DNA of 64,000 nucleotides from Priapulus caudatus. Its lineage: Eukaryota. Below the pieces are notes generated by a model, which worked only from the letters and a program-made list of their open reading frames with translations, made no database searches and was not told the DNA's origin. Shown in pieces: positions 1 through 12,983 of this stretch; position 1 is the stretch's first letter, and each line of letters starts with the position of its first letter. The stretch covers positions 1,146,061-1,210,060 of the forward strand of contig NW_014577064.1 in NCBI RefSeq assembly GCF_000485595.1, in the 5' to 3' direction. Position numbers and translations under genes: made by a program.

Positions 1-355
1 AGATTTCAAAGCACATATTAGAGATCTGGGGAGAACACTGGTCTGAACATATCAATAAAATATTATTAGCTTGAGATTTCAAAGCACATATTAGAGATCT
101 GGGGAGAACACTGGTCTGAACATATCAATAAAATATTATTAGCTTGAGATTTCAAAGCACATATTAGAGATCTGGGGAGAACACTGGTCTGAACATATCA
201 ATAAAATATTATTAGCTTGAGATTTCAAAGCACATATTAGAGATCTGGGGAGAACACTGGTCTGAACATATCAATAAAATATTATTAGCTTGAGATTTCA
301 AAGCACATATTAGAGATCTGGGGAGAACACTGGTCTGAACATATCAATAAAATAT
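1..355. repeat. 73-bp tandem repeat, about 4.9 identical copies, truncated by the window edge; lies in an HGSNAT intron
   Basis: The unit AGATTTCAAAGCACATATTAGAGATCTGGGG...TATTAGCTTG restarts at 1, 74, 147, 220 and 293. Confidence 0.95.
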
Positions 356-456
356 TTATGGCAATGCATAGATATGTTCATGCTAGTATACATATAGGTT
401 CGTACCTATCTATGATTGTCCTTCCTAGCTAGTTGGTACTCCAGCTCCATATTTAA

Positions 457-1050
457 AGGGATACTACAACTACACCCTAGAATTTTAGGGGATATTATGA
501 TAGTAAGTGCATAAATAATAGTATATACCTACTTTTTTTTATAATCACGCATTCACACTTGTCATAAAACAACAGTGAGTTTTGACATCTTTATTTTTGG
601 CAGCTGACATGACACCACTCAATTTTTCTGCCACTTTGAAGAAGTTGCAATTTTGCCAATTTATTTTGCACGTTACAGACCGAGGGCTAATCGCAAAAGT
701 GCAATTATATCTATACCGAATAATTTTTATTTCAAGACAAATTCGTCGAACATATTATAACTGAATGTAAAAGTTGTTTATAAGATATTGCAATTAATCC
801 TCCATTTCAATTAATAAATAAGAAACACCCTCGGCCTGTATAGCCTGCAGCCAAAAAGTTGTGATGCACAACTTTGAATGCAGATGGGCTATAGTGGGGG
901 CAGCGCCATTGCAAGCAACAATACAGCTGTTAGTTTTAAAACATTAAAAAAATATTTCTAATAAATATTGAACATTGAAACTTTCTGTGTAGAGTAAATT
1001 AACTCTATTTTAACTGAAAATATGCATGGAACCTTGGGTCAAGTATCCCT
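457..1050. mobile_element. Non-autonomous DNA transposon, Kolobok-like (TTAA target)
   Basis: TTAA at 453-456 and 1051-1054 flanks inverted termini AGGGATACT...AGTATCCCT. No transposase ORF. Confidence 0.6.
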
Positions 1051-1072
1051 TTAAATCTTTCTAAGGATATAC

Positions 1073-3093
1073 CTCCATATCTCGATGAGTGATGAATTAT
1101 GGGTTCTACATCTCAAAGCCAGTTGGGTTTTGTGTGTTGTATTGGCAAGAATTGTCACTATGTTTTGACCAGCTCCAACAACTGCTACTCGCTGAAGCGG
1201 ACACTGAAAAAGAAAATTAGCAATCCTACATTTGCTAGAACTATATTGTGCTAAAACATTTGTCCTCGTGATTTTATATTTAATACAAAATTAACATGCA
1301 ACACTGAAACAGACACAACTTTGCATACCAGAGTCTGTAGTAATAATTTGAATTTGCATATTTTACTTTTGCACCAAGGGTATTTCAAAGACATAAAAAA
1401 CTACTATATATAAATAAATCAGGACATATATGTTTTGCTATGCATCTTAAATATGCTATTGCTACACATGATTGCTATTGCAATCATTATGCATCCATAC
1501 CTTCCAGCACTCTACAGACTGTGTATACAGTTCCAGAGTCTCTGCCAAAGCATCATCCGTTAGGTTGATGTGGAAATAAGCAGTATCAATCTTTAGATTT
1601 GCATTGTGAGCAGACGTTGCTACGGTATGAAATAACAAGTACGTTATATTGTTTAGTCAAGTTGTAAATCAAGAGCACAAGAACATTGTAGATAGATTCC
1701 TTTTATTTGGCTTTTCGCCGACATAATGTTCATTAAATTACTATAGTTACTGACATAAATTTACCTGTGTACTTTTGGAAAACAGATGTCTGCATTTCTA
1801 TACCAGTATGATGATCTTGATCTTCTAAGTGAGGATCAGGTGTTATCTGAGGAAGCTTCAACATCACTTCATTTTCAAATTGTCCATGGTTCTCTATCTT
1901 CTTCTTGAAGTCGATGACATCGTTAGCTCGGCACACTATAATTAATCCAATTAATCCATTATATTCATAAAAACACGTAGCACGTTATACAAGGCTTTGT
2001 AGAAGATCACGTTCAGAAGACTATAGTCGTATATACGTATATGTGAATAAAATGACTAAACAGCTGAGGAAAGCTGATGTCTCTTAGAAATCTATCAGGA
2101 TTAGTCTATATAGAGAGTTCTGCAACTTGTACTAAAAATAGCAATATTAGCCACAATCCCATGCCGTCGGCCATACTGCATGGTGCTGAGAGGGTCTATG
2201 CCCCCCAGGGTACTGCCGGAACGTACCCTGGTACTATCTAATATGCCGGACCGTACCTCGATCGCCTACTCCACTAACGATCGAGTCTAGGGAGTCGCCT
2301 ACACCTACTCCCTAACCCTATAACCATATCAGATATAGTTACCAGGGTACGTTCCGGTATACCAGACCGTAACCTGGGGGACATAGACGTACCCCATGAG
2401 CCATACTGGTAGTCAGTCTTGCATATGTTACGTGCATTCTTATAAGATCGCGCAGCGCAATCTACCAATTTTATATGGGCTATATATTGATATTATGGTA
2501 ATATATATTATATTAGCAGTAAGTGAATCCTGGTTTTGCTGATCTATAGGTTTATCAGCATGGGTTGGGGTGCTAGAGTTTGATGAGATTGCACAGGCCA
2601 GGTTTTGCAGGGTTTTGCAGGCAGGTTTAATTATCAGCGTGAGGGTGGGGGGCTATATAGTTCAATGAGATTGCAGCACAGTTGGCCGATCGGTATATTG
2701 CACAGATCGGAAGATGTGCACGCAACACATAGACTACAGTTTGTTTACATCCGACATTGCGTTTGCATTGTCATACACGGTGTACGTCGTAGACGTACGT
2801 CTAGGACGCATCGTGTAAATAGGCCTTTAATAGGCCTTTACTCGCTTTTAGTGTTAGTGTTACTGTTATGTTACTGTTGTCGTACGTTGAGTGTTGTTAG
2901 TGTCACTGACACTGTAACGTTAGTGTTACTGACACTGACACTGTTACTGACACTGACACTGTCAACTGACATGTCACATCATTTCATGTGTTTGATAGAG
3001 ACAGCTGTAAACAGCTTTACCTTGTGGTTGTCCATAAAGGAAGCTTGCATAAAATAATAGTAAATGCAAGCTATATCTAAATATTTGCTTCAT
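1073..3093 (-). CDS. HGSNAT: HGSNAT-like (heparan-alpha-glucosaminide N-acetyltransferase), 5' part; exons 3093-3021, 1935-1804, 1619-1501, 1203-1073; the rest lies left of the window
   Basis: Four GT-AG exons join in compatible phases (1,1,0; the last donor is phase 2) into one open frame: MKQIFRYSLHLLLFYASFLYGQPQV (signal-peptide-like) CRANDVIDFKKKIENHGQFENEVMLKLPQITPDPHLEDQDHHTA TSAHNANLKIDTAYFHINLTDDALAETLELYTQSVECWK|CPLQRVAVVGAGQNIVTILANTTHKTQLALRCRTHNSSLIEIW. From memory this matches the HGSNAT luminal domain (KMDQALLLIHN...LTVYWKSECCYH|CLFQVLV...VSTQHGSILQL), including the intron inside the CxxC and similar exon sizes. Confidence 0.75.
2185..2388. mobile_element. MITE family A copy, inverted relative to 13614-13843
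   Basis: Same terminal inverted repeats (GCTGAGAGGGTCTATG-CCCCCAGGGTAC...CCTGGGGGACATAGAC) and interior as the 13.6 kb copy. Confidence 0.85.
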
Positions 3094-3258
3094 GAATAAA
3101 CTTAGTCACTAAACTACAATTTGTTTTGACGCCGAACGACGAGTGGACAGCATGAAATTAGACTGAGCTCATGTCTCTTCACACGCGTGTATTAACCTAT
3201 AGTGACGAGGCAGGGAACCAGTCTAGCTAGCATTGGCATTGCATCAGGTCCTGATTGC

Positions 3259-3431
3259 GCACCCGGCAGTTAGATGCGATATGATATGACTACTAGGCAC
3301 TCAGGATATGACTACTAGGCACTTAAAAAAAAAAACACCCTAACCCTAACCCTAACCTAACCTAAACCCTAAAATTAAATTAAATTAAAGTGCCTAGTAG
3401 TCATATCATATCGCATCTAACTGCCGGTTGC
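3259..3431. mobile_element. 173-bp MITE with 43-bp TIRs and a 9-bp TSD (Mutator-like); interior (CCCTAA)n
   Basis: TIR GCACCCGGCAGTTAGATGCGATATGATATGACTACTAGGCACT (1 mismatch between ends). CCTGATTGC is repeated at 3250-3258 and 3432-3440. Confidence 0.85.
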
Positions 3432-3537
3432 CCTGATTGCATGCGGTTGAGTGTACGCGTTACCGGTTACTAGTTTCATACCACATTATTACACACAGCT
3501 CGGCGATCCCATAAAATTACGTCAGTCCGCTCACTTG

Positions 3538-3617
3538 TAGCTCTAGTACTATAGCCCGCTTACATTAACTGCCGCTGGCCAGCGGCAGAATGTAAGCGGG
3601 CTATAGTACTAGAGCTA
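3538..3617. mobile_element. 80-bp near-perfect palindromic MITE with a 9-bp TSD
   Basis: TAGCTCTAGTACTATAGCCCGCTTACATT...AATGTAAGCGGGCTATAGTACTAGAGCTA, flanked by GCTCACTTG at 3529-3537 and 3618-3626. Confidence 0.85.
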
Positions 3618-3760
3618 GCTCACTTGTAGCACTCTCGACCTAATAGTAATATAACTCGATCAGGCCGTGTTGCATGATTACATGTTGCATGTTATATGCT
3701 GTATGTTGTTACAGCAATTAAAACATGGGCAAAATTGGGCAAATAAAATCATAGACAAAA

Positions 3761-4100
3761 TTGAAGAATATAATTTATATGTCATTCTTATCTATTGACG
3801 CCTTATCAAAAATGAAATGGAAAAAGATGGTAAAAGAGGCCATTCTAAAAAACGTGATAGAAAGGGACGAAGGAGCAACAAAAACAAAACTGAAAATGAT
3901 TAATATTCATAATTATGGATTAAAGAATTATATGACGTCAATGTTCTATGAGGATTCTTGTTTGTGTTTAAATGCAAGACATGCATGATAGATTTAACAG
4001 CCTACTTTAAAAATAAGTTTACTAATGACGGGTGTGACTTGTGTAGTGAGGGAGAAAAAGAATACTTAATTTGTTACATCTATATAATGGCTGTGAATAT
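3761..4100 (+). mobile_element. Degenerate 3' fragment of a non-LTR retrotransposon (LINE) ORF
   Basis: Translation reads WKKMVKEAI...KTKLKMI...YGLKNYM...NAR, a stop, then DLTAYFKNKFTNDGCDLCSEGEKE...HL..C. This is the typical post-RT CCHC zinc-finger C-terminus of LINE ORFs, disrupted by a stop and a frameshift. Confidence 0.55.
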
Positions 4101-4845
4101 GGGGATATAAATAAAGGGAAATCCATTGAAGACTGGAAATGTGACGACAAAATTTTCGAGATCCGGGAATACATATATGTTTGTATATATATATGTTTGT
4201 ATCATGTATTTGTCTCTTGGTATCTATGCTATGGCTCTACGGCAAAGGAGACGCGGGAAAACCGAAATCGCGGTTGTCCCGATCGGCCTGGAAATTGGTA
4301 TAATTCTTTACCCGTGACGCTAAGAATGGACACCCTTCCCTTTCTAATTGTATTTTATGGTATTTTATTGTTATATGGTATTCCTCCACTTATACTCGGT
4401 TGCCATCACCCTAAAATGTACTAATATACATATGTGATATGTGATATGTATATATCACTGTAGGTGTGTGTAGATATAAGATATGTGTTAATAATATCTG
4501 CGTTCACGTACTGACTGCTATATGCTTTCAGAATTTTTGTTGCCAATTCTACTAGTAGTCGTTTTATCCGCACTATTGTTACGTCAATTATTTTCGCAAT
4601 AATGTTATTCTTCGATTGTCACAATTTTTCCAACATTTCTCCGTATGCGTAATAGAATGTTAGGTTAAATAAGACTTCATATTCTAGTGAATTATTATAC
4701 TTTAGACAAATTTTCTACTAATTCTACTATTTAATGTGATTTAAAATATTTGGGCATATATCATATACGTATAATATGTATATATATATATATATAATAT
4801 GTCATGCGCCTAATCTTTTCATTAATGTTTGTACCATGATTGCAC

Positions 4846-4886
4846 CAGGAGTGAATAATTGAGATTATCTCAATTATTCACTCCTG
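4846..4886. mobile_element. 41-bp CA...TG palindrome with a 7-bp TSD (P-superfamily-like footprint)
   Basis: CAGGAGTGAATAATTGAGAT-T-ATCTCAATTATTCACTCCTG, flanked by ATTGCAC / ATTGTAC. Confidence 0.65.
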
Positions 4887-5504
4887 ATTGTACTTGTATT
4901 AGTTTGTCATGTTATGTTAATTATTCTCACGTTCATATTCCGCTGCTATAATCTCCAGGGTACAAACACTTCACTGCACGTGTGATACGTGTACTGAATG
5001 TTTTTAGTGCTTATAGTGGCTTGTTGCATATGGTGTCGCGCGGTATGCTTAAAGACCAGATATATAATAAGAAGTACGGAATACTTCCCATGCCAGCCAC
5101 ATTAAAATTGTGTCCAACGCGCTACAAACATTTGTTTTTATGACAAGAGTCTAGGTTGATCGTTTTTTAAAGTCCCGTAAATGTCTGTAATATTGGTTAT
5201 AGTGTGCACGCACGAGAGCACATAGTTTCACCTTGTAATTTTACCATAAAGTTTCAAGAAGCTTTACGCTCATACTAATTTATACAACGAATTTTCATTT
5301 GTCAAATAAGAGTGAAATTGATCGGCGTCTACAGAAATCGACAGAATGATATACAGTGATGCAGTGCATCGATGGACACAAGCAGAGCCCATATATATCA
5401 TATTATGATAACGTATATTATATGATATATGGGCTCTGACCAAAGCCAACGAAGACACATGCAGCGAAACATAAGAACACGAATGAGAGCAAGGAGGAGG
5501 CAGA

Positions 5505-5669
5505 CAGGAAGGCAGGTGCACACTTCACTCGCATCCACATACGCTGGATACACTTCCACACACGCACGCGAATACATGCACGCATGCGCAAACACACGCA
5601 CTCTCCCACACACATACACACACGCACACACGCACACACGCCACACACATACACACGCACGCGCGAACA

Positions 5670-5760
<91 letters not shown>

Positions 5761-7569
5761 ACACAACACACACACAAACACCTACAATAAAATCTAATCG
5801 TGTCAATAGATGGCGGTACGTGTTCTATATCGGATATAGCTGTAACGTAGAGTACAAGTAAGGGCGAGAAGAGGAAGGGAGAGCGTCAAGTATGAGTTTG
5901 GGACCCTGAACAAGCTAGGCGCTCTTCTATTATAAACACAGGATCACTGATAACAATTTATTCAAAAATCTGTGCCGAGATACCCCCTAACCAAATAAAT
6001 GCATATGATAACAAATATAAACACCTCTAGTGAATATTGCGCCTGCGCGAACATCAGAACATAGCCAGATTGTGTACTGACCGTATATGCAGCCGGCCCT
6101 TACATGCAGGGGACTTTATTCCATATAATAAGAGGCGGTGTACAGATATAATGTTATTAATATAAAGCTATGCTAGAATGTCTCCTCTCCACTTTGAAAG
6201 CAAAATTTTAGAACATATATTTCTTTCTCAAGAGATATTGCGCATGCGCGAGCACGTCCCAGGCGTGGCAATACGGACTGAGAAAAACTACATAATATAG
6301 CTGGCAGACAGAGAGAAAGAGAGAGACTCAAGGAGAGAGAGATGAAGACCGGGGAAATGCGGCAGGATAGATAGTTGATGGCGGTAGAAGAAGAGGAGGC
6401 TGAGCGAGGAACACGGGAGGCGGACGGGGAGGAAGGGAGGGAGTCAAGTATGAGTTTTGGACCCGCTAACAGGCTAGGGCGCTCTCCTAATTTAAACACA
6501 AAATCACTATAACAATTAGTTCAAAAATCTGTGCCGAGATACCCTAACCAACTAAATGCATATTGATAACAAAATATAACACCTCTAGTAAGATTGCGCC
6601 CTGCGCAAACATGCAGACATAGCAGATTGCGGAACGGTATATGCAGCCGGCCCTTACATGCAGGGACTTTATTCCATATAATAGACGGGTGTACAGATAT
6701 AATGTTATTATATAAGCTATGCTAGAATGTCTCCTCTCCACTTTAAAAGCAAATTTTACAAAATATCATTTCTCTCGGGAGATATTGCGCATGCGCGAGC
6801 ACGTTTCAGGCGTGCAGGATGGACTGAGAAAACTACATAATATAGCTGGCTGACAGAGAGAGACGAGAGAGAGAAGAGGAGAGAAGAGAGAGAGAGAGAG
6901 AGCGAGAGACTCAGGTAGAGAGAGGTGGGAGACCGAAGAAATGCGCAGAATAGATAGTTGAGAGCGCGGAGAAGAAGAGGGAGGCTGAGCGAGGAACACG
7001 GGAGGCGAGGGAGGAGAGGGAGGGGTCAAGTATGAGTTTGGGACCCCGAACAGGCTAGGAGCGCTCTCCTAATTATAAACACAAAATCACTGATAACAAT
7101 TTATTTCAAAAATCTGTGCCGAGATACCCCCTAACCAAATAAATGCATATTTGATGAAAAAATTAACACCTCTAGTGAGACTATTGCGCCTGCGCGAACA
7201 TGCAACATAACCAGATTGTGTACGGACCTGTATATGCAGCCGACACTGTTAATGCAAGGACTTCATCCCATATAATAGAGGAGTGTACAGATATAATGTT
7301 ATTATATAACGCTATGGCTGGAATGTCTCCGCTCTCCACTTTGAAACAAAATTTTAGAAAATATCATTCTTCTCAAAAGATATTGCGCATGCGCGAGCAC
7401 CGCTGGCAGGTGCACACTTCACTCGCATCCACGATGTACGCTGGCTACACTTCCACACACGCACGCGAATACATGCACGCACGCGCAAAACACGCACGCA
7501 CTCTTCCCCACACATACACACACCCTCACACACGCACACACATACACACGCACGCGCGAACACACACAC

Positions 7570-7663
<94 letters not shown>

Positions 7664-7740
7664 CCTACAATAAAAATCTAAATCGGTCAATAGATGGCGA
7701 TACGTGTCCTATATCGGATATAGCTGTAACGTAGAGTATA
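5505..7740. repeat. Local duplications: an ~570-bp unit three times (starts near 5885, 6443, 7025) and 5508-5855 repeated at about 7405-7740, including (CA)n
   Basis: The GTCAAGTATGAGTTT(T)GG anchor recurs three times. Copies differ mostly by single-base indels, suggesting uncorrected long-read sequence. Confidence 0.8.
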
Positions 7741-8305
7741 AACCGGAGGCTTATAGACGACTTTATACGCTCTCTGCCTCTTTTTCAATGAATAATAAAC
7801 ACCTTTCTTGAAAATGTACTTTCAGTTTAGAGAGGACACACTAACCAGTTTGACCTGAAATAACTCTATCCGAATCTAACAAACTTCCCGATAACATTCG
7901 CAACATATCTCCAGTACGTATTTCACTTGAAATATTTGAAATATGCGAGAGAGCGCGCATAATCGTCACAGTGGCTCCACATAAAAAATGGATCAGGTTT
8001 TCTCACCTGATTTTAATTTATCCAAGGCTGGCGTAACACTACGAAAATTTACTTTTTCCACTAACTCTTTGGTTTCTCGGAATTTGCTTTGGCTGCTGCT
8101 TCTTCTGCTCGCTTTCTCCTTCCCTTCCCTTCTCCGTTTCTTCCGCGACACCGTCTCCTTTCTACCTGTATTTGTTTTGTTATTGTGCCTTCTTGCTCGT
8201 CATTGCTACCCTCTTATATAATACTATCCTGTCTTTCTCGATCTCCTGCCCTTCCAGTTTTCTTCCATCTCTATTTATCTTTCACTCGCCGTCTCTGCAT
8301 CCAAA

Positions 8306-8345
8306 CAAGAGCTAATAATACCTAATAAGGTATTATTAGCTCTTG
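8306..8345. mobile_element. 40-bp CA...TG palindrome with a perfect 7-bp TSD (P-superfamily-like footprint)
   Basis: CAAGAGCTAATAATACC-TAATAA-GGTATTATTAGCTCTTG (17-nt arms), flanked by ATCCAAA at 8299-8305 and 8346-8352. A lone right arm recurs at 14721-14737. Confidence 0.7.
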
Positions 8346-10003
8346 ATCCAAACGTACTCTCTTTGTACCGCTCACGCTCTTCTCTCTCTCTCGCGCGCGC
8401 GCACGTGCGCTTTCTCTCCCTCCCTCGCTTTCTCCACCCATCGTTTACTCACACACTCACTCTCCCTGCCTCCATCCCCACCCACATTCACCACCTCTTG
8501 TTTCGGTTCTAATTTTACATATATCGGATTATCATTGCTTTTAGAGTACATATTTCATGAGTATCCGTATCCGTATCCGTATCCGTACGGTGAGTGTCCG
8601 TATAAATTAATCAGCATGACGAATGTGTTCATGGACCGCAGGTTCAGGCTCTTCATAGAACGGTTTAGCCATAATACATCCCTTTAATATCCCAACTTGT
8701 ACGAGAATTAATTTTATTAATGCTAAATGACAATAATCGAGGCGACACGAATCGTCTAAGAATTCGTACATAAATTGAGCCAATATTCCGAAACACATTT
8801 CCTATAATTACAAAGAACTTTCTTTGAAAATAGTGAAAATGTATATGTAAACACGTTTTGGTAATATAATAATGGAAAACTGATGGTATAATATATATTG
8901 TGCTATCTGTGTAATCGTATGCGTATGTGTAATAACATTAGATGTTCTAGAAAAGCATGTGAACAGCTAAGAGTAATGATTAGGCGATACAGAATACGTA
9001 AACAGTAACACAGTAATTCGGTAATAAATATTTGTTTACCATTTTATTATATTATTGAAGGCAATTATAACATGTTACAGTATTTAATATCTGAAGTGTT
9101 TTTATTTCTCCAACTGCATGGAAATGTAAGCAGGGGATTTCCTTTTTACTAATGCGTATACATGTACACGCAGTGTCTGATGCATGTAACTGCGACATAC
9201 ATGCAATGCTGCCGCGTACCGTCTTGTATTTACCCAGGTTCAGTGTACAGTATTCATTGGAGGTGATATGTACCCTTATAGACATGTATCCGGAAAAAGT
9301 AATTAAGCCATAAAACGCACGCGTCTGCTACATTGCGAGAACATATTGAGGTAAGGGTGTCTACCGTACGGTGGGCGAGCAGGCGAGTTCAACACTCGCA
9401 TATTTATGGGCCTACTGTCATCGTTCGCGTTTGAACTTACCCGAAAACACTAGATACAATTATGCCGTGTTACAACACTGAATCCACGCATTCGCAAACA
9501 CCTGATCATACGCGCCATACCCGATTATGTAGAAACGGATATTATCATCGTAGAAGTGGACGTATAGCTAAAACTACATTTGCGACCTGTTCCGAACACC
9601 AGCCATGTGCGTGCTTCCCTAACAACGCACACCCTTCTTCCCAAGCACAAACTACGCCCTTCTTCCTTTTTACAAAAGGCGCACACTTCTCAACACACGA
9701 CACACTAATGAATACCGCCCTCCCCGCACCAACCCTGTGCTCCCCCACCAATATACTACAAGTAAAGTCTACCCGCACGCAAATACGTGCCCGCCATCCC
9801 ACACGTGGATTCAAGGATAGAGATGAAATTTCTAACCTCACAAAACCATAAAGTTAACCTATTCGAAAAGCCATTATTACTAGCACCCTCACTCTCTTCT
9901 GGACCCAATCCTAGTTTAGCACATATGCGAAAACACATTAGCGTGGTACCAAACTATCCTTGATTCTTCTTCTGCATCGACGTGCTTGAAGATTCTTGGC
10001 TCA

Positions 10004-10073
10004 TTGCAGTGTACCCCAGTAGAAACGAATTTGAACTCAATCCGACAAATCCGGAACTACAGGGTAATTGCAA
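10004..10073 (-). ncRNA. mir-10: miR-10 family precursor; mature 5p at 10066-10045 is UACCCUGUAGUUCCGGAUUUGU, 3p arm at 10033-10012 is CAAAUUCGUUUCUACUGGGGUA
   Basis: The 5p arm differs from canonical miR-10 (UACCCUGUAGAUCCGAAUUUGU) at 2 of 22 positions with the seed intact. The 3p arm begins CAAAUUCG like miR-10-3p. The arms pair into a hairpin with a lower stem (UUGCA/UGCAA). It is on the same strand as the adjacent Hox gene. Confidence 0.93.
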
Positions 10074-11180
10074 AGTGCCTCGCTTGCAGAGCTGCGAATC
10101 TCCGTGCGAACTGCGTTCGTGATCTGGCGGGAATCGTCCTGATGTTGTAGTAGCTAGTATAACCAGACACCCCGTTTAATCAATGCTATACTATGCGATA
10201 CTATGCTATGGCTGCTCGTAGATCTGTCTCCTAGAACGCTCTTAGTCTTAACGTTGTCGTTTTACTGAAGTTCACAGCAATCGCCTCACGACAAACACCA
10301 ACACCGCCAAGCGTTATTCTAGATACGTACACGTATCGTACGGTATCCTGGATTGGAGTCGGACCGCGTCCATCGCTGCTCTGTAAAATAGTAAACGTAA
10401 ATTGGAAAGAGGGCGATCCAATTCTCACGACGGAACAATTCCACAGCGACTATTTTGGAACAGCGGAACCTGAAACAGCGCCAAGTTACTCTGCCGCTTT
10501 GGAACGACGTCCTGAAACGAAATAACATGTGTATGAGTAACATGTAGGTTGTCAACAACCCAACAGCGAACAGGAAGAAATACCCACGTCGTGCACCTTC
10601 CCGTTGACGTCTCAGCAGCAAGTGAAGGATCAACGTGAGCCTCGCCCACTGGCGAGTCTCCAACTGACGCCAGTGCGGCCCATCTCAGCGGGAGGTTGGC
10701 ACTGCGGGGGTGGGGGCGGAAACCATGGCGCGTCCCACCACCCTGCGTACCTCGTCGCGTCCGCTCTAGTGTCGGCAGCGCAGGTGCGAACTATCGTGTT
10801 ACAGGGTGCGGTAACTGCGCACGCAAGCGAGATAAGCGGCCACGTGCGGCATGTACGTACGTGAGGTGTCACTTAGGGGGTTGGTGCGACTAGCGGCGTT
10901 AGGTACGGGGTTCCCCCACGTAACCTCTGTGACCGGCTGGGAATGCTCTCATGATGTTTTCCATCCTGTGACGTGTCGGCCAAGGATTGTGGAGAAGGCG
11001 AGAAAGAACGAAAGAGCCTGTGCGCGAGAGAGCGAGGACCGCACGAGCGAAACACGTGTGTTCGCTTGTGGGCTGTGGGTGTGAAAAGCGAGTGAGCTAG
11101 AGAGAGAGAGAGAGAGAGGGCGAGAGAGAAAGAGATTAAAAGCGAGATACTGTAGCGATTTACTGAAACTATGTGAGAGG

Positions 11181-11220
<40 letters not shown>

Positions 11221-12950
11221 GAGGGAGGGAGGCTGGGACGAGAACGGGGTGGGGGAGAGTGAGGCGCTCGCGCACGCGCGCGACAGAGATGGGGGAGACG
11301 GGACGGGGTAGACGGACGGACAGACAGGCAAGACTATAGGCTGAGAATAAGGAAGGAGCGAGAACGAGAAAGCGATCGACGGAGACATAAGAGAATAAGG
11401 AAAAGGGAGATAGAAAAAAGAAATAGAAAGGGCGCGCGAAAAAGCGGGAGAGAGACAGACACACGCAGAAGGGGGGGGGGAGAAACCATACCGAAACCAC
11501 TTTAGCTTTATGTATTATGCGAATCGTATAATGAATCTAAGAGACAGAATTATGTCGGAGAGATTTATTGAAACAGATTTTTCTTCCCTATACAAAACAT
11601 TATCGTTATCTGAAGTATCGTGATTTTATTATATGCTGTATATGATCAGTTTGTTTTTTGTTTGCTTTCTTTCATCGGGGCTATCTGATTCTGAACGTGT
11701 AAGCAAGCAACTAAAGTTGAATACGTACATCATAGACTCAATGGTACATAGTAATTTATAACGTTGCACCGCCTACCCGGCTACGGGAGCAAAGTTACTG
11801 TACGGGCTTGCACATACCTTTATCCGATAAGGTAAACAAAGGCTGACACCTCAGCAATAATTCATGGCGGTTCATTCAGTTTTATAGCTTTAGGTTAAAC
11901 AGAGGCGAGGAATATTGTGATTGGCCTGGTATGCAGATTCGTACTTCACGTATGTGTACGAGTCCGTTAAAGGTCGTGAGAACTTACTTCTTACTATGAA
12001 TCATGAACCGTGGCATATATACCTACCCATAGGGTTTCATCATGCGTTTAGCATTTTGCGGGAAACAGCCACAGTGACAGACACATTGCGGAGTACGTCT
12101 AGGTTGCAACAGCTACCTTGCAGCATTTCTACATTTATACACGCGTATATTCGTATATACTATATGCTACATGCACACATATTCTACATAATACACTTCT
12201 ATGTATACACTCAAGAGTTCATGATAGACAACAATCGACTCTATTATCGACTCTTGATACACTTTGACTGACTTCTGACACCTAAGCCTAAACCTGCATG
12301 GGCTCAGCCAGGGCTGTCCAGACTGACACCATAACTCGTGTACTTGCCGAGGGCTTAGTAGCACCAGGGACGTTTGTAGCCCGACTAGCAAATACTTCGA
12401 TAGCGGCAAAGAATGTGCAAGCTTTTACGCGAGTAGAACGCGTAGTAACGCTGTTACACTGAGTAGGAACAACGCGCCAAGCGCTCTATTGCGTCATCAA
12501 ATCATTTGCATACAACGGAGCGTAAAAACAGCATTGTATGCAAAAACTATAATTGAACGTTGCGACGCGGCAGTGCAGCGCTAACGCGTCACATATGCGC
12601 GCCACGTGTGTTCGCTGTACGTTATTATTCGCAACAAATGAAACAGGCTGATCAGCCAGGCACACGACCGTGAGACCTACTCATGAATGTGATAATGCCG
12701 CCGACCGAACGATCGGCTCGCGACGGATTACGAAACAGCAGTCCGCCGATACTCACACATACGGAAACGATAATGTCTCATGTACACGAAGTTCGCTCAG
12801 TGCCGCATGGATGGCATGATCGCGGTCGCAGATATCGTGGTGGCAGATACGCGGTCGTCTACCGTACATGCACACCAAGAACTAACACTACCTATTATTG
12901 TTAGCTCTGGATGTAGGCCTACATACACACACACGTGTATGCACACACAC

Positions 12951-12983
<33 letters not shown>

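Noticed and set aside
1..355. 73-bp repeats as CRISPR repeats or the next HGSNAT exon
   Set aside because: The units are identical and head-to-tail with no spacers. The acceptor-like TTCAG leads to a stop after seven codons.
4964..5004. Short hairpin whose 3' arm ACGTGTACTGAATGTT resembles miR-iab-4
   Set aside because: It has a mismatch in the seed region, the similarity is on the wrong arm, and the loop and stem are too short for a pre-miRNA.
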